This document shows, piece after piece, positions 1 through 11,559 of a DNA stretch of 64,000 nucleotides. The notes beneath the pieces are model-generated. The model searched no databases and had not been told where the DNA came from. It was given only the letters and a program-made list of their open reading frames with translations. The DNA is taken from contig CBFDEM010000005.1 of the NCBI GenBank assembly GCA_965603825.1, positions 310,001 to 374,000 on the forward strand, written 5' to 3'. Within the stretch, counting starts at the first letter, position 1; the number at the start of each line of letters is the position of its first letter. The translations under genes and the position numbers were made by a program. Origin of the DNA: Blepharisma stoltei ATCC 30299 (lineage: Eukaryota > Protista > Ciliophora).

Positions 1-2
1 AT

Positions 3-1157
3 GAGGTAGAAAAATATACATTTGCTGATGCGATTGTGAGAATAAGAAAATTTCTTGTATCCATGTCAAAATTAGCTGCGATGCCAATAATTGATGACTT
101 TGAAGATCTTATAACATATATGAACACTATTCCTTCCAATGATATTGTTTCAAAAATTTTGTATGATTACCATCTATTTTCAAGGAAAAATGATGAGTGG
201 CAAATATTTTATTCTTTTCCATTTAAAAGATTAATACTCAATAGTATGCATAAAATTGGAATAGATACAGCATTTTTAATTCAAAATGATTCATTTACAA
301 ATTATTTTAAAAAAGTAGAAGTAGTCTTCAAAGAGCTCGTTTCTTTGACTTTGAAAAATGACACAAGACAAAGAAGAACTTTATCAAAATATTTCCCTGA
401 TTTCAATATTTTAATAAATGAAGCAAATTTTACAGAAGAAGCTATATATGGAAAAAATAGACAAAATATAAGCGAACAATTGATTTTCCAGTGGATTTTT
501 ACTCACACAGTATTATATATGATCCAATATGTTAGTTCTGGATTTAAACTTGATCTATATGCTCAAGAAGAAATTGGCATGATTATGTTTTATATGGACT
601 TTTTATACGGAGTTTACCTCAATGGGCTTTCCTCTTTATTAGAATATTTGAGTACAAAATCAGCTAAAAAAAAGAAGTTAAAAGGGATTAAACTCATTCA
701 AAATGAATTTCAACTTTCATCTGCAAAACAAATTTTATGCAGAGGAATAGTCAGATTATTCATAATTCTCCTTAAAATGAATCTTATACAAAGAATCCCT
801 GAAGAAGCTGAAGAAATAAGATTCAGAAATAGGTTTAAAAGATTTGATACTTTAGTAGTCCCTCAAAGGCTTGACTATAGCTCATGATTAAACGTAAAAT
901 CTTTAGCTGAAACTATGGATATTGAGAAGTTAATCACAGATTGCCAAGAATCATTTGAAACAGCAAAAAATCAATTAAAGGAACTAGATGGAATTTTTAT
1001 GGTGAAAGAGCTTATAAGAGTGTGTGTATGGAATTCATTAGCCATAACGAAAGGAGCATGCTCAAATTGGGAGTGCAAGCTTAATGTAATGTATAATGAA
1101 AGTCCAATATTTCCAGTGATATCTCTGGAGCCTTTACCTAACAACGCTACTAGTTAA
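3..1157 (+). CDS. NAA35: NatC auxiliary subunit Naa35/Mak10, C-terminal part (5' truncated by window)
   Basis: Frame is open from the window start. ORFs 36..887 and 915..1157 join through in-frame TGA 885-887. Mak10-like motifs NDTRQRRTL, FKLDLYAQEE, RFRNRFKRF. Ends TAA. Confidence 0.8.
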
Positions 1158-1690
1158 ATAAATAATTAATTTTTTTAACAGCTGAAATTAAAAGACTCAT
1201 GGCCAAAAAGTTATGCTTAGTAATTAAGTTTTTTATCGATTTTATCAGTAAACATATTTTGAAATACCCTAATAATGCGTGATATTAAATAAGATATTTA
1301 TTGCTCAAAGGTTGCTAATAGGTTTTAAATAATTATTAAAAATTTGTAAAATATGAAAAATATTAATACTAAAGTATATATCTCTTATTACCTTTGTTAA
1401 CCTAGTGAATTGGCATTAAACATGCATTTTAATAAGAGATTCTGTTTAGCTTATTTTATATTTTTCCATTTTATCCAAATCAATAAAATGGAATAACCCA
1501 ATTATATAGTCTGATTACCTTTCTAATATGATTTAATAATTATTCATATGCTCAATTCGAGATATTTTTTTATCCAAAAGCTTCCGACTATTGATCTTCT
1601 TAGTCAGCCACATTAAATAAATTCTTATCATTTATTGCAATGCATATTATAGGTTCTTCAGTGAGATTTAAATAAAAAAATATTAAAAAT

Positions 1691-2890
1691 ATGTTAACCA
1701 ATTCGACACTTCTCCCTTTAATATGAAGCTTATTTGCGATAGTTTGCGTTATAATTGAAGCAGTAATTACTTCAGATGTTGAATGAACCAGTTCAGAACT
1801 TGCAGAATGATTGCAATCAGGCCGTAGCAGCGGATTAGATTGGATATTTATTATAATATCCCCAGCAGTAATCTATCTTTTGTTGGCTTCAGGACTGGTT
1901 GTTTACGCATCGTTTAGCCTTAGGCTCGGGAGCTTGGGGATAACATGCGAAATCCTTGCTATATGAATAGGCGATGTAATGAAGCTTCACTATCAGCATC
2001 CTAGACCATTTTGGAACTATTCTGATGTAGATGGGATAGAGTGTGCCAAAGATTGGGGAGCTCCCTCTGGGCATGCTTTTCTCTCAGCAGCAGTTATATT
2101 TTTTTATTTGGGTGAATGAATAAGAAATAGAAAAGGTGTAATATGGAAATTCTTATTGTGCATTTTAATTGTATTTATTATTGATCTAGATAGAGTGTAC
2201 CTTGGGGTTCATTTCTATTTTCAAGTTGTGCTTGGAAATTGCCTAGGAATTTTATTAGCTCTTACTTTTCACAATTTAAAAGTTCAAGAATTCATACTAA
2301 AAATAGGCGAAAATTGGAAATTTTTATTGGCTTCAGAAATTCTATATGCTTTATTTTTAATGTGAACAGGTTTTCTGTATCTATTCAGCTCATCAAATTG
2401 GGAAGAAAAATGGACATTTAATTTTCATGAATCTTGTAAAGGAACTTTAAAATATAATACCCCTATGTTTGCTGGAGTTCTTGAGTCAACTATAATATTA
2501 ATGCTTGGTGGATTTTGGATTGGAAGGTATTTTCTCAAAATAGAGCCTTATAAGATTACAAAGCAAACAGCTTTGTTAGGATTTGTCCTTTTATTATTAG
2601 GAGCTGGAATAGACCAAGGCATAGAGCAGGGAATAATTAAGTATGTGAGTGAAACTGTCAGCTTTATTGTTTTCTGCATTTTAAGATTTCTTGCAGGACT
2701 TTATATCGGATTTGTGATACCTCGCGTAGTATCAAGATACTATATTAGCCACGCAAAAGAGCACTATATACAGACTGCGAAAAATGAACTAGAAGATAAT
2801 AATAAGTACAATGAGAATATCTCAAAAGTAGAAGATCCTACAGATCGTAAAAGTCCGGATGGTGAAGCATCTGGAGATCCTGAAAATTAA
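1691..2890 (+). CDS. PAP2 / glucose-6-phosphatase-like integral membrane phosphatase (399 aa)
   Basis: Single frame from ATG 1691 with 6 TGA=Trp. All three PAP2 motifs present: KLHYQHPRP, PSGH, DRVYLGVHFYFQV. Several hydrophobic helices. Confidence 0.85.
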
Positions 2891-3089
2891 AATACTCCTT
2901 ATGGATATTTTATCGAGAGATAATATTACCTCTTACTAGATAAGATCTGATTCACAGTAGTTTAAATTAAGCAATTAGCTTTGAAAATTAAAAATATCAT
3001 ATTATGAGATTAATTCATAATTAATTATATATGATAAAAAGTAATTAAACTGTTAGTAAGGCTTAGGCTACTCTTAAACTTATATAAAT

Positions 3090-3759
3090 ATGAAGAAAGA
3101 AACTGAAGAGAGTCTGTAAGCAGCTATCCAGGTGGTATGATACTCCTCTAGCTAATACAGATATGAAGCTAAATAAAATAGTAAACCCCTCAGAACTTCC
3201 TATTAAAAGACTCCCCAATCAGAAAGATGACCCGTCACCTAACAAGCACCTCAAGCAATACAATAGCTTCGAATATTCAGAAGGTATTTCTTACACAGTT
3301 GAACAAAAATCTGTATTTAATTATTTCAATTTTATTGGAAAAGCCAACAAAGAATTGAAAGCAATTTTCCATTCCAATCCACAAATGAAAGCCAAAGCAT
3401 GCCAATACAAAAATTGGTCTACTATTACAATGTATCTAAAAGAGCAATTAAATATGAATCAGAGATATAATATAGATGAACTTAATAATCAGAAAATAAT
3501 GATAGACAATGCAATTAGTTTTTTCAAAAAAATTCTTCAGGATAATTCGCTGTGTGAACCTACAAAAAAAGAAGATGTGGTCAATCAGGGTGTTGACTGG
3601 AAAACTGAATTCAATTCAGCATGTGAAAGAATATTAAATCTATCGGTAGAAAATAAACAAAATTTGAAATCGCTAATAATAGGCACCAAGCAAAGCTATA
3701 ACAAGATAAGGGAAAGAATATTAGTTCCTAGTTCGGATTTAAATAAGCAAAAGAGTTAA
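3090..3759 (+). CDS. Hypothetical protein
   Basis: 198-aa ORF from 3163. It extends to ATG 3090 if the 16-nt intron 3116-3131 (GTAAGCAGCTATCCAG) is removed. Confidence 0.55.
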
Positions 3760-3931
3760 TTTAACTAGTTAATTTAATGTAAAAAATAGTTAAAATGGAA
3801 ATAGAGAAGTACCAGAAATAAATCTAAATGATGTCTGCATTCTTCAATTTTTAATTGAGATATATGCTACCCTTAATTTTTAATTATTTCTTATGCAAAA
3901 TTACACTTTAATTGCTTTTGTAGAAAATCTG

Positions 3932-4684
3932 TTATTTAAGTGTCACTCTATTAAGCTTGCTAAGCGGCTTTACAGGCAATAAGTGTGGCTGTGTTTCTAT
4001 AACTGACAAAGCTTCATTCAACTTTTCTTTAAATAATATATGCTCATTTATCAGTTCCAATGTTTCCTCTAAATTCGATGTCTCTTCAATATAATTTAAA
4101 GAAGCACTCAAAAATTGAAGAAATCTCTCTGAATCCGGTAAATTTGAAGATGCATTTGTGTGATATAATAAATACTTCAAAACAAAATTGAAAAAAGTAA
4201 GTGAGTTTTCTGGACAAGTTTCCATTTTAGGATATGATTTTGTGTTTGAAATTAAGAGTCCTAGCATATAATATCTGTATTTCTCTTTCTTTAATAATGA
4301 AAGCCCTTGCCTTTCTGCTTCACTTTTTATGACTTTAAAATTTGCTTTAGTTGTATGATTAAATGCTAATTGAGAGCTGAGCAAATAAATGAATAACCTT
4401 CCAAGATCATCAGAATTTATATGGCATCCTCTATTTATTATAATTGCTTCTATTACTGCCAAAAGATTGTTGTCAATTGAACTTTGTATTAGGTTTGGGG
4501 CAATGTCAAGCGAAAATAAAGGATCTTTTATTACCTCGATTATTTCTTCAGAAGAGTTTGGCAAGTTTTGGACTAATGACTGGACCCTAGTTTTTAAATC
4601 AAGCTGGGAAGCGTTTTCTTGGCTCCATTCACGTAAAGCCAAATCAGGGTTTTTACCACAAAGAATTTCTTGAAGAAGCTCCAT
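3932..4684 (-). CDS. Hypothetical alpha-helical protein (250 aa)
   Basis: Long ATG-TAA ORF with AT-rich flanks. No family recognised. Confidence 0.65.
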   Translation of the reverse strand: MELLQEILCGKNPDLALREWSQENASQLDLKTRVQSLVQNLPNSSEEIIEVIKDPLFSLDIAPNLIQSSIDNNLLAVIEAIIINRGCHINSDDLGRLFIYLLSSQLAFNHTTKANFKVIKSEAERQGLSLLKKEKYRYYMLGLLISNTKSYPKMETCPENSLTFFNFVLKYLLYHTNASSNLPDSERFLQFLSASLNYIEETSNLEETLELINEHILFKEKLNEALSVIETQPHLLPVKPLSKLNRVTLK

Positions 4685-4716
4685 TTTTATTTGTAAAAAA
4701 TAAGGAAGATTAAAGC

Positions 4717-5325
4717 TTAAACATTAAGACATTCAGCACCAGTTCTCATAAAATAGCAGGATCTGCAGACAGGCTGGTATTTTTCTAATCCGCCGTATAC
4801 TTTGACTTCTTTTTCTCCTGATATTCTAACGCTAAACCACGCATCTTCTCCACAATATGAACAAATGCTGCTAAGCTTAGTAATTTTTTCTGATTTAGCT
4901 GCCAAGTGGCAGACACATCCAAATGGCTCTCTTTTGAAATCAGAATCTAAGCAGGCCACAATCACTACTTTTCCTCTATTCGCCATTTCATCTGAAAACT
5001 CAATTATATCTGGGAAAAATTGTCCATCGTCTATGGCTATTACATCGTATAAGGCTGCATCTTCCACGAGCTCAAATAATAAATCACATGATCTTGCTGA
5101 TAAACTCATATGGTCGTGAGTGTAAATTTTTTCATCATTTTCGTTAAATTTGTTGTCTTTTGTTTTTATTAATAAGCATAAATCATCTCTTATAATATAT
5201 CGGTTAACCCTTCTCAGAAGTTCTGTGGACTTTCCGGAAAACATTGGCCCAAAAATGATTTGGATTTCTCCTTTGTGAGGTCTTTTTATTTGGTCTTGAG
5301 CTAGAGAGTTTGAGGTATCAGACAT
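4717..5325 (-). CDS. TK1: Thymidine kinase, TK1 family (divergent)
   Basis: P-loop GPMFSGKSTELLRR, Walker B IDDGQFF, Zn ligands CSYC...CRSC, lasso GGLEKYQPVCR. Confidence 0.9.
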   Translation of the reverse strand: MSDTSNSLAQDQIKRPHKGEIQIIFGPMFSGKSTELLRRVNRYIIRDDLCLLIKTKDNKFNENDEKIYTHDHMSLSARSCDLLFELVEDAALYDVIAIDDGQFFPDIIEFSDEMANRGKVVIVACLDSDFKREPFGCVCHLAAKSEKITKLSSICSYCGEDAWFSVRISGEKEVKVYGGLEKYQPVCRSCYFMRTGAECLNV

Positions 5326-5825
5326 TTTATAATTAAGATTGGGGATAATACAAAGGATTAATAAATAACTCGTTAATATTTTAATATTCCAGTGAGACTT
5401 GTTTTCTTTTAAGTATTTGTGAGATATATTACCTTTTATAAATCAATTAGCACTTTGTTTTGCTTGCTATAACTTATAAAATGTTAGCTTATTTTAATTT
5501 TGAATTTTATACATTTTGTTTTAAAATTTATTAGTTATAAATAGGGAAGTCTGTGAATTCAAGAATATTATAAAATTCTTTAATTAATATGACGCTTAAT
5601 TTAATCATTTTTTTCATGTTAAAAGACTAATATTTATATTGTCAAAATTCGTCAAAGTCAAATTTTTTAGACAGCTCGGTTTCCTCAAATATCTGTCTAT
5701 GTTGTCAAAGTAGAAGACTCTTAATTGGTCAATAATGATAAAAAGGTAGAATAGGATATATTATATGAAATTAGATAAAGAGCTTTATTTTAACTAAATC
5801 AGTTAAGGTTAACTTCAGTCGAATT

Positions 5826-6023
5826 TTAATAAGCCTCGTTCGCGTCAAAAAGCTGAGATAAAATATATGCTATTGTTCCAGCAGCTGGATTAGCAATACC
5901 TAGACCAATAAGTAATAATCTAATCCCCTGCTTTATAGCTTGTTTTGAGGCCTGCCTTTCTGCCCAAGCTATTATTTGATTTCTATAGCGAGCCCATATG
6001 CTTTGCCCCTTCTTTCTACCCAT
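5826..6023 (-). CDS. Small cationic/amphipathic protein (65 aa)
   Basis: ATG-TAA ORF forming a GC-richer island within a very AT-rich spacer. Confidence 0.5.
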   Translation of the reverse strand: MGRKKGQSIWARYRNQIIAWAERQASKQAIKQGIRLLLIGLGIANPAAGTIAYILSQLFDANEAY

Positions 6024-6582
6024 CTTATTATTATTATTATCAATTAGTTTATCTCATTATTTACAGTTTCTACAAAGCTAATATCTGCAGTCTGATATAT
6101 TAACAAGTTTTTAATTTTTTCATGAACGAATAATTAATCAATTAGAACATTTATTAGTAGATAAAATATATTAAAACGCTCAATTTAGACCTATGAGTTT
6201 AGTTCATAAATTATTTCTCAAATGGTTTATAAATTTATAATTGTATTTTAAAGCATTTTCGTCTAATGTTTAATATGTCCATGATTGATAAGAAATTAAT
6301 ACTAAAGCCCTAGTATTTTAATTAATAATTAAATCTCACTCTTACTACAACAAAATAATTTATAGAAAGTATTAAATAATCATATAATAAAACTGCTATA
6401 ATTCATATAAGGCAAGGATGTAAATCGTGATAGTTTATAGTTTATCTGCATTTAGGAAAGATTTTATTAAACCTTGCAATTATTTAATGGCTATATACAG
6501 TTTAATTTATCATAAATTCCACAGTAAATATTTAATTATTCATACTTAATTTAAAAGAGATATTTAAGCTCATGCATTATAA

Positions 6583-6825
6583 ATCCTCCAATATTTCTTA
6601 AGAGAAGATATAAAGAAAGAAATTATTGAAAATCCTGAAAAAATAAACGAAGAAATTGATAATGAAGACGAAGATACAGCATCTGAAATCAGTTTTAAGA
6701 CGACAAGCTCACAGAAAAAATATATTGAAGAACTTGAGCAGATGCTGAGAGAAGAAAGAATGGTAAACCTTATACAGTTACGTATTAAATTAGAAGAAGA
6801 ATTGAAGAGTTTAAATGTTAATTAA
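6583..6825 (+). pseudogene. Start-less acidic/coiled-coil gene fragment
   Basis: Frame REDIKKEII...SEISFKTTSSQKKYIEELEQMLREERM, then a canonical 15-nt intron 6763-6777 (GTAAACCTTATACAG), then LRIKLEEE. No in-frame ATG before the acidic block; ATG 6572 is one base out of frame. Confidence 0.4.
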
Positions 6826-6871
6826 ATTTAAGCATAGCAAGCAATAAACCCCTAATTAAAATTTATTATAA

Positions 6872-7618
6872 ATGAGCAGAAAACGATTATCCATAATTGC
6901 CCAGCATCTATGTTCTGCGGAATGATTAGCAACATACCAAGAAACATCTGATGGAGTAGCTATTATTACTATAAATCGTCCATCAAAGCTGAATTTCTTG
7001 AATAAAGAGATGTGAGATCAATTAAATTCTTATTTGTTGCAAGCTGAATCTAATCCTAATATCAAAGTCATAATACTAGCAGGAATTGGCAAACCATTTG
7101 CAAATGGAGAAAGTTTACCGGCTAAGGAAGAATTAATAGCATCACCTGTGATTATTAATGACCCTACAGATAATTGATTTGGCCAATTAGCATCGATGAA
7201 AAAGCCTATAATTGCACCTGTTAATGATTATGTATGTGATGAAGATTTTGAAATCGCTATGATATGCGATATTGTTATTGCAAATAGCACAGCAAGATTC
7301 GTAATTCCAAAAAGTAAAATGAGGCTAATTCATGGGGCAGTCGGTACTGAAAGTTCAGTCAAAACTGCGAGGAAGCTCCAAGTAACAGAGCTAGTTTTAG
7401 TTGGGGATGTTATTTCTGCTGATGAAGCTAAAAGAATTGGTCTAATTAATAAAGTTGTTGAAAATACTCTAGATGAAGCTATAACTGCTGCTAAGGAAAC
7501 TGCGAGTAGCCCACTAGGTGATATCTTAACTGCCAAAAAAGCAATAAGTTTATATATGAAGCAAGTTTATCAGAAAGGATCATCTACAAATTATATATAT
7601 TTAAATAAGCAGAAATAA
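6872..7618 (+). pseudogene. Degenerate enoyl-CoA hydratase/crotonase, copy 1
   Basis: ATG 6872, 3 TGA. IITINRP and KKPIIA are retained. The GGGCE motif has become DEDFE and LPE has become IPK. A 1-nt frameshift near 7550 (shifted frame YEASLSE matches copy 2 LEVGLSE). Confidence 0.7.
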
Positions 7619-7907
7619 AAAGATATTGATGAGATAAGGGGTCTTTTAAATATCTATATAAGCTTAAACTATTTCCATGCTATTAATATGTTTACGTTAA
7701 ACATGTTTATGAATATAAACAAATTTTAAGTCGCAATGAAAACTTATTCAACATTTTCCTTTTTGAGGTTGAAAAATATAGTAAGTCGTTGGGAGAAGAA
7801 AGAATGCTATATTCTATATAGAAATTTCTTAAATTAGAAAAAAAAATTGTCTATTAAAAATTAAATGAAAGCAACAAAAAAGCATATTGAAATGATTTAT
7901 TAAAGAT

Positions 7908-8631
7908 ATGAATGCAAAAAGATTTGCCACAATTGCACAGCATCTATGCTCAGCTGAGAGACTAGCAATTTACCAAGTGATATCAGACAGCATAGCAATT
8001 ATTACAATAAATCGTCCATCAAGATTAAATTCTTTTAATAAAGATGTGTGGGATCAATTAAATTCATTTTTTCGACAAGCAGAATCCGATCCAAATATCA
8101 AAGTTATCATTATAACAGGGGTTGGCTTTAATGAAAGAATTGACAGCGTCATCAATAATTGTGAATAATCCAGTAGATAACTGATTTGGTCAACTATCAT
8201 CGATGAAAAAACCTATAATTGCTGCTGTCAATGGATATGCAATTGGTGGGGGATGCGAAGTCGCTATGATGTGTGACATTATTATAGCTAGTAAAACAGC
8301 AAAATTTGCATTGCCAGAATCTAAAATAGGACTAATTCCTGGAGTAGGAGGCACTGAAAGGCTAGTCCGAACTGTTGGGAAATTTAAAGCAATGGAATTA
8401 GTTTTAACTGGGGATGCTTTTTCTGCTGTTGATGCAAAAAGGATTGGTCTTGTTAATAAAGTTGTCGATAATGCTTTAGATGAAGCTATTGGAATTGGTA
8501 GGAAAATTATAAATAGTCCACTTCATGCTATCTGCTCTGCAAAAATGGCAATAAATTTCTCCCTTGAAGTAGGGCTTTCAGAAGGACTCGAGCACGAATT
8601 ATCTCTATTTAATTCAAGCGTTTCATTATAA
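7908..8631 (+). pseudogene. Enoyl-CoA hydratase/crotonase, copy 2, frameshifted
   Basis: Core AVNGYAIGGGCEVAMMCD and FALPESKIGLIPGVGGTERL intact. A 29-nt deletion relative to copy 1 near 8127-8130 shifts the frame. C-terminus is short. Confidence 0.7.
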
Positions 8632-9076
8632 AATAAAGATGAATCAAGAGATTAGAGCTCTATTTATATATCAAAATAAACTTATATTTTTTAATCATAA
8701 TTATCAAAAACTTTCAAGGGTGGGCACTTATTTTCGAATTTTTATTGTTTTCTGGCTTTAATTTTCAAATTTTTAAAAATTACTGATGATAGAATAAAAT
8801 ATGGTAATTTTGATGAAGAAAATTTTCTGTTAATTGTCAGATTTATTAGCAGAGTGCTGGCCAAAAATGTGAGAAAAAATTAGAAAATTAAATTTTAAGC
8901 TTATTGAATTAAAAAAACTCAAGAACTATTTATTGAAGAAATTATAAAAATCAAAGATTTTAAGCAAGGCGATAGTTTATGTCTTATAATAAAAACATGA
9001 ATAAAAACGTTAGACTTTTTATTTTCTCCATTTCAATAATACGCTTAAAATTCAACGTAATAAAAAACTAATATAA

Positions 9077-9478
9077 ATGAAATACAAAAGACGCTATGGG
9101 AAAAAAAAGAAAGCTACAAGAAAGAGGACAATTTTAATTCCTTATTATCAAGCATCCTTAAAGGAAATTATGCAAGACCTTAAGATAATTGACTTCGAAA
9201 ACCATCAATTACTGCCAAAGGAAGAGCCAAAACAAAAAATTAAAAAGCCAATAAAAATTACTGATGAAAAAGTTGCCATAGAAAGCTTAGTCATATTAAG
9301 TCAGTCTGCAGAGAAAACTGAAGCTCCAAAGCCTGAAATTCAACTGGCTCCTCGACCTCAACCTCAGCCTCAACCACAGCCACAATTCAACCTTCAGCAA
9401 TTCTGGCAATATTATCCATATTTTCTCTACCAGAACTGCGCGTATAATATGGGCCAATTTGGATGGTATTATAATTAA
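9077..9478 (+). CDS. Hypothetical protein with basic N-terminus, (PQ)n tract and aromatic C-terminus
   Basis: 133-aa ATG-TAA ORF with coding-like composition. Confidence 0.65.
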   Translation: MKYKRRYGKKKKATRKRTILIPYYQASLKEIMQDLKIIDFENHQLLPKEEPKQKIKKPIKITDEKVAIESLVILSQSAEKTEAPKPEIQLAPRPQPQPQPQPQFNLQQFWQYYPYFLYQNCAYNMGQFGWYYN

Positions 9479-9760
9479 TTAGTTCATATAATTTGTAAAA
9501 ATTGAGAAATTATCATATTAATAAAGAAATTTGTAACGTGCAACTTACGATTTTAAATTAGTTGTTTGGTCATTTATAAGAAAATCAATTTATTTATTAT
9601 TTAAATGGTTTATTGTGTCGGTAAATTATTTACCTAAAATTAGAATTTTTTGAATTTTGTTTTTAATTTATTTATACACTGTGTATAAATAAATCTTTAT
9701 TTATGCTTATTATTATTTCAAATTAAACTTAAAAGACTCTTAAAATCTTCTTTCATTAAT

Positions 9761-11545
9761 ATGGAATCAAGCGAAGATAGTAATCTCACACAAATGCTTC
9801 TTCGGAAAGAAAAAGAGCTGCAAAACCTGTCAAAGCTAAGAGTAGCTCAGCTTCAAGAGCAATTAACTTTAAAAGACCAAACCATTTATGATTTAGAATC
9901 TCAAATACGCAGACTCCATAATGACTTTAACTATAATTTAGCTTTAATAAAGCAGCGAGACGAAGAAATCGCTGATTTAGAGCAAAAAGTTTCTGAACTC
10001 TCCCACATACAAAGAGAAAAAGCTGATGGTAAAAGCTCAGCAAATATTTATTGATCACAAGATGAACAACCGCCAATGTCAGATATTCAAAGGGAATTAT
10101 ATCTTAGGGAAGAAGAGCTAAAACAAGTCAAGCAACAATTGGAAGCACTACAGCAAGGTGAAGAAAATAGTGATTTTTATTTGGAAAATGAGCTGGATGA
10201 AGCAAAAATTGAAATAAATGAGCTTAAAATAGAACTGGAAAATGAAAAAGCAAAATCAAAAGAGTTTGAAGAAGCATTGAAAGATGAGAGAATTGCTTTT
10301 GAAAACGAAAGAAATGAAGTTTTAAAGCAGTTTTATGCAACTAAAAATACACTAGCTTCTCTTGAAGAGAGAGTGAACAAGAATAAGCTGGATAGTGATA
10401 GAGATAAAGAAGATCTATCACAAAAGGTATTTGAAATTTCAAAAGAAAGAGATGATTTGGCCCAAAAGCTTGAAGAAATGAGCATGAAGCATAAAGAAGA
10501 GATAAGCAAGTTTGAAATGACGAAACAAATAAGATACGAAGAAATCGACTCCCACCAAGACATGATAAACAGAATGCAGGAACAGATAAAGCAGGTACTT
10601 GAAGAAAATGCACGATGCAACCTAAAAATTGACCAAACAAACAGTAAAATGCTAGCAAGAGAGAAAGAACTATCCCAAGAAATATATGAGCTAAGAAAAG
10701 AACTCACCTACAAGCTTGAGCAGTTAGAAAATATGGAAAACGCTTTAAAGCTAAAGAACACAGAAATAGACACAACAAGAAGCCAAATTGATCACTGGAG
10801 AACTCAAGCACAAACAAAGTCAGGAGAAGCTTTTAAAATGAAACAATTAATGATAAAAGCTGAAGAAAAAGCAGAAAATTTAGAAAAAGAACTGAGAAAC
10901 TACAAAGATTTTCATGTCCAAAAATTTGAAGCTGAGCTTGAAGAGCAGCGGAAAGAATTGCAAAATAAAATCAATCAAATGGATTATGGGCATAAAAATA
11001 GAAATGAAGAGCAGAGGCTTTTGAGAGAAAAAGACTATGAAATAAAACTGCTGCATGATAAACTGGAAAGCATGAGCAAAAGTACGCATGATTTTGTAGA
11101 TTATCAGACATTTTTAAACGAGCTTGAAAGAGCAAAAGATGAAATCTTCACAAAGGATCGAGAAATTGCGAGACTGAATAAATTAGTTGAGTCAATTAAA
11201 AAAGAAAGAGATAAAGCTATATTAGAAAGAGAACAGTTTAGAGATGTTAATTGTAGACTAATTGCTGATACTCCACAATCTGAGTCAACTGTTTTGACCC
11301 AGAAACTTCAAAAAATTGAAGACCATATTGGTTTGCTTTCTACCGATATTATGGCTATAAAAAGGAATAAAACATATTTTCAACAGCCTTATCAGCCTGA
11401 AGAGCCCAAACGGAGGCCTTCAGAAAGTATGTCAGAATATGAGCCTGAAAGAGATTGGAACACTGTTAAGACAGCAAAGTCAAATAAAATTCAGCAAGTA
11501 AAGTCAAATCTGAATAAGAAATTCAATATGACAAGTTTTAAATAA
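9761..11545 (+). CDS. CCDC57: CCDC57-like coiled-coil (centrosomal) protein (594 aa)
   Basis: Two ORFs join through TGA 10052-10054. N-terminus LLRKEKE...LHNDFNYNLALIKQRDEEI resembles CCDC57 DFVYNLQVLEERD. Confidence 0.65.
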
Positions 11546-11559
11546 TTTAATCGAACAAT

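Noticed and set aside
8121-8137. GTTGGCTTTAATGAAAG as an intron rescuing hydratase copy 2
   Set aside because: It is 17 nt, has a non-consensus donor, and its removal does not restore the frame.
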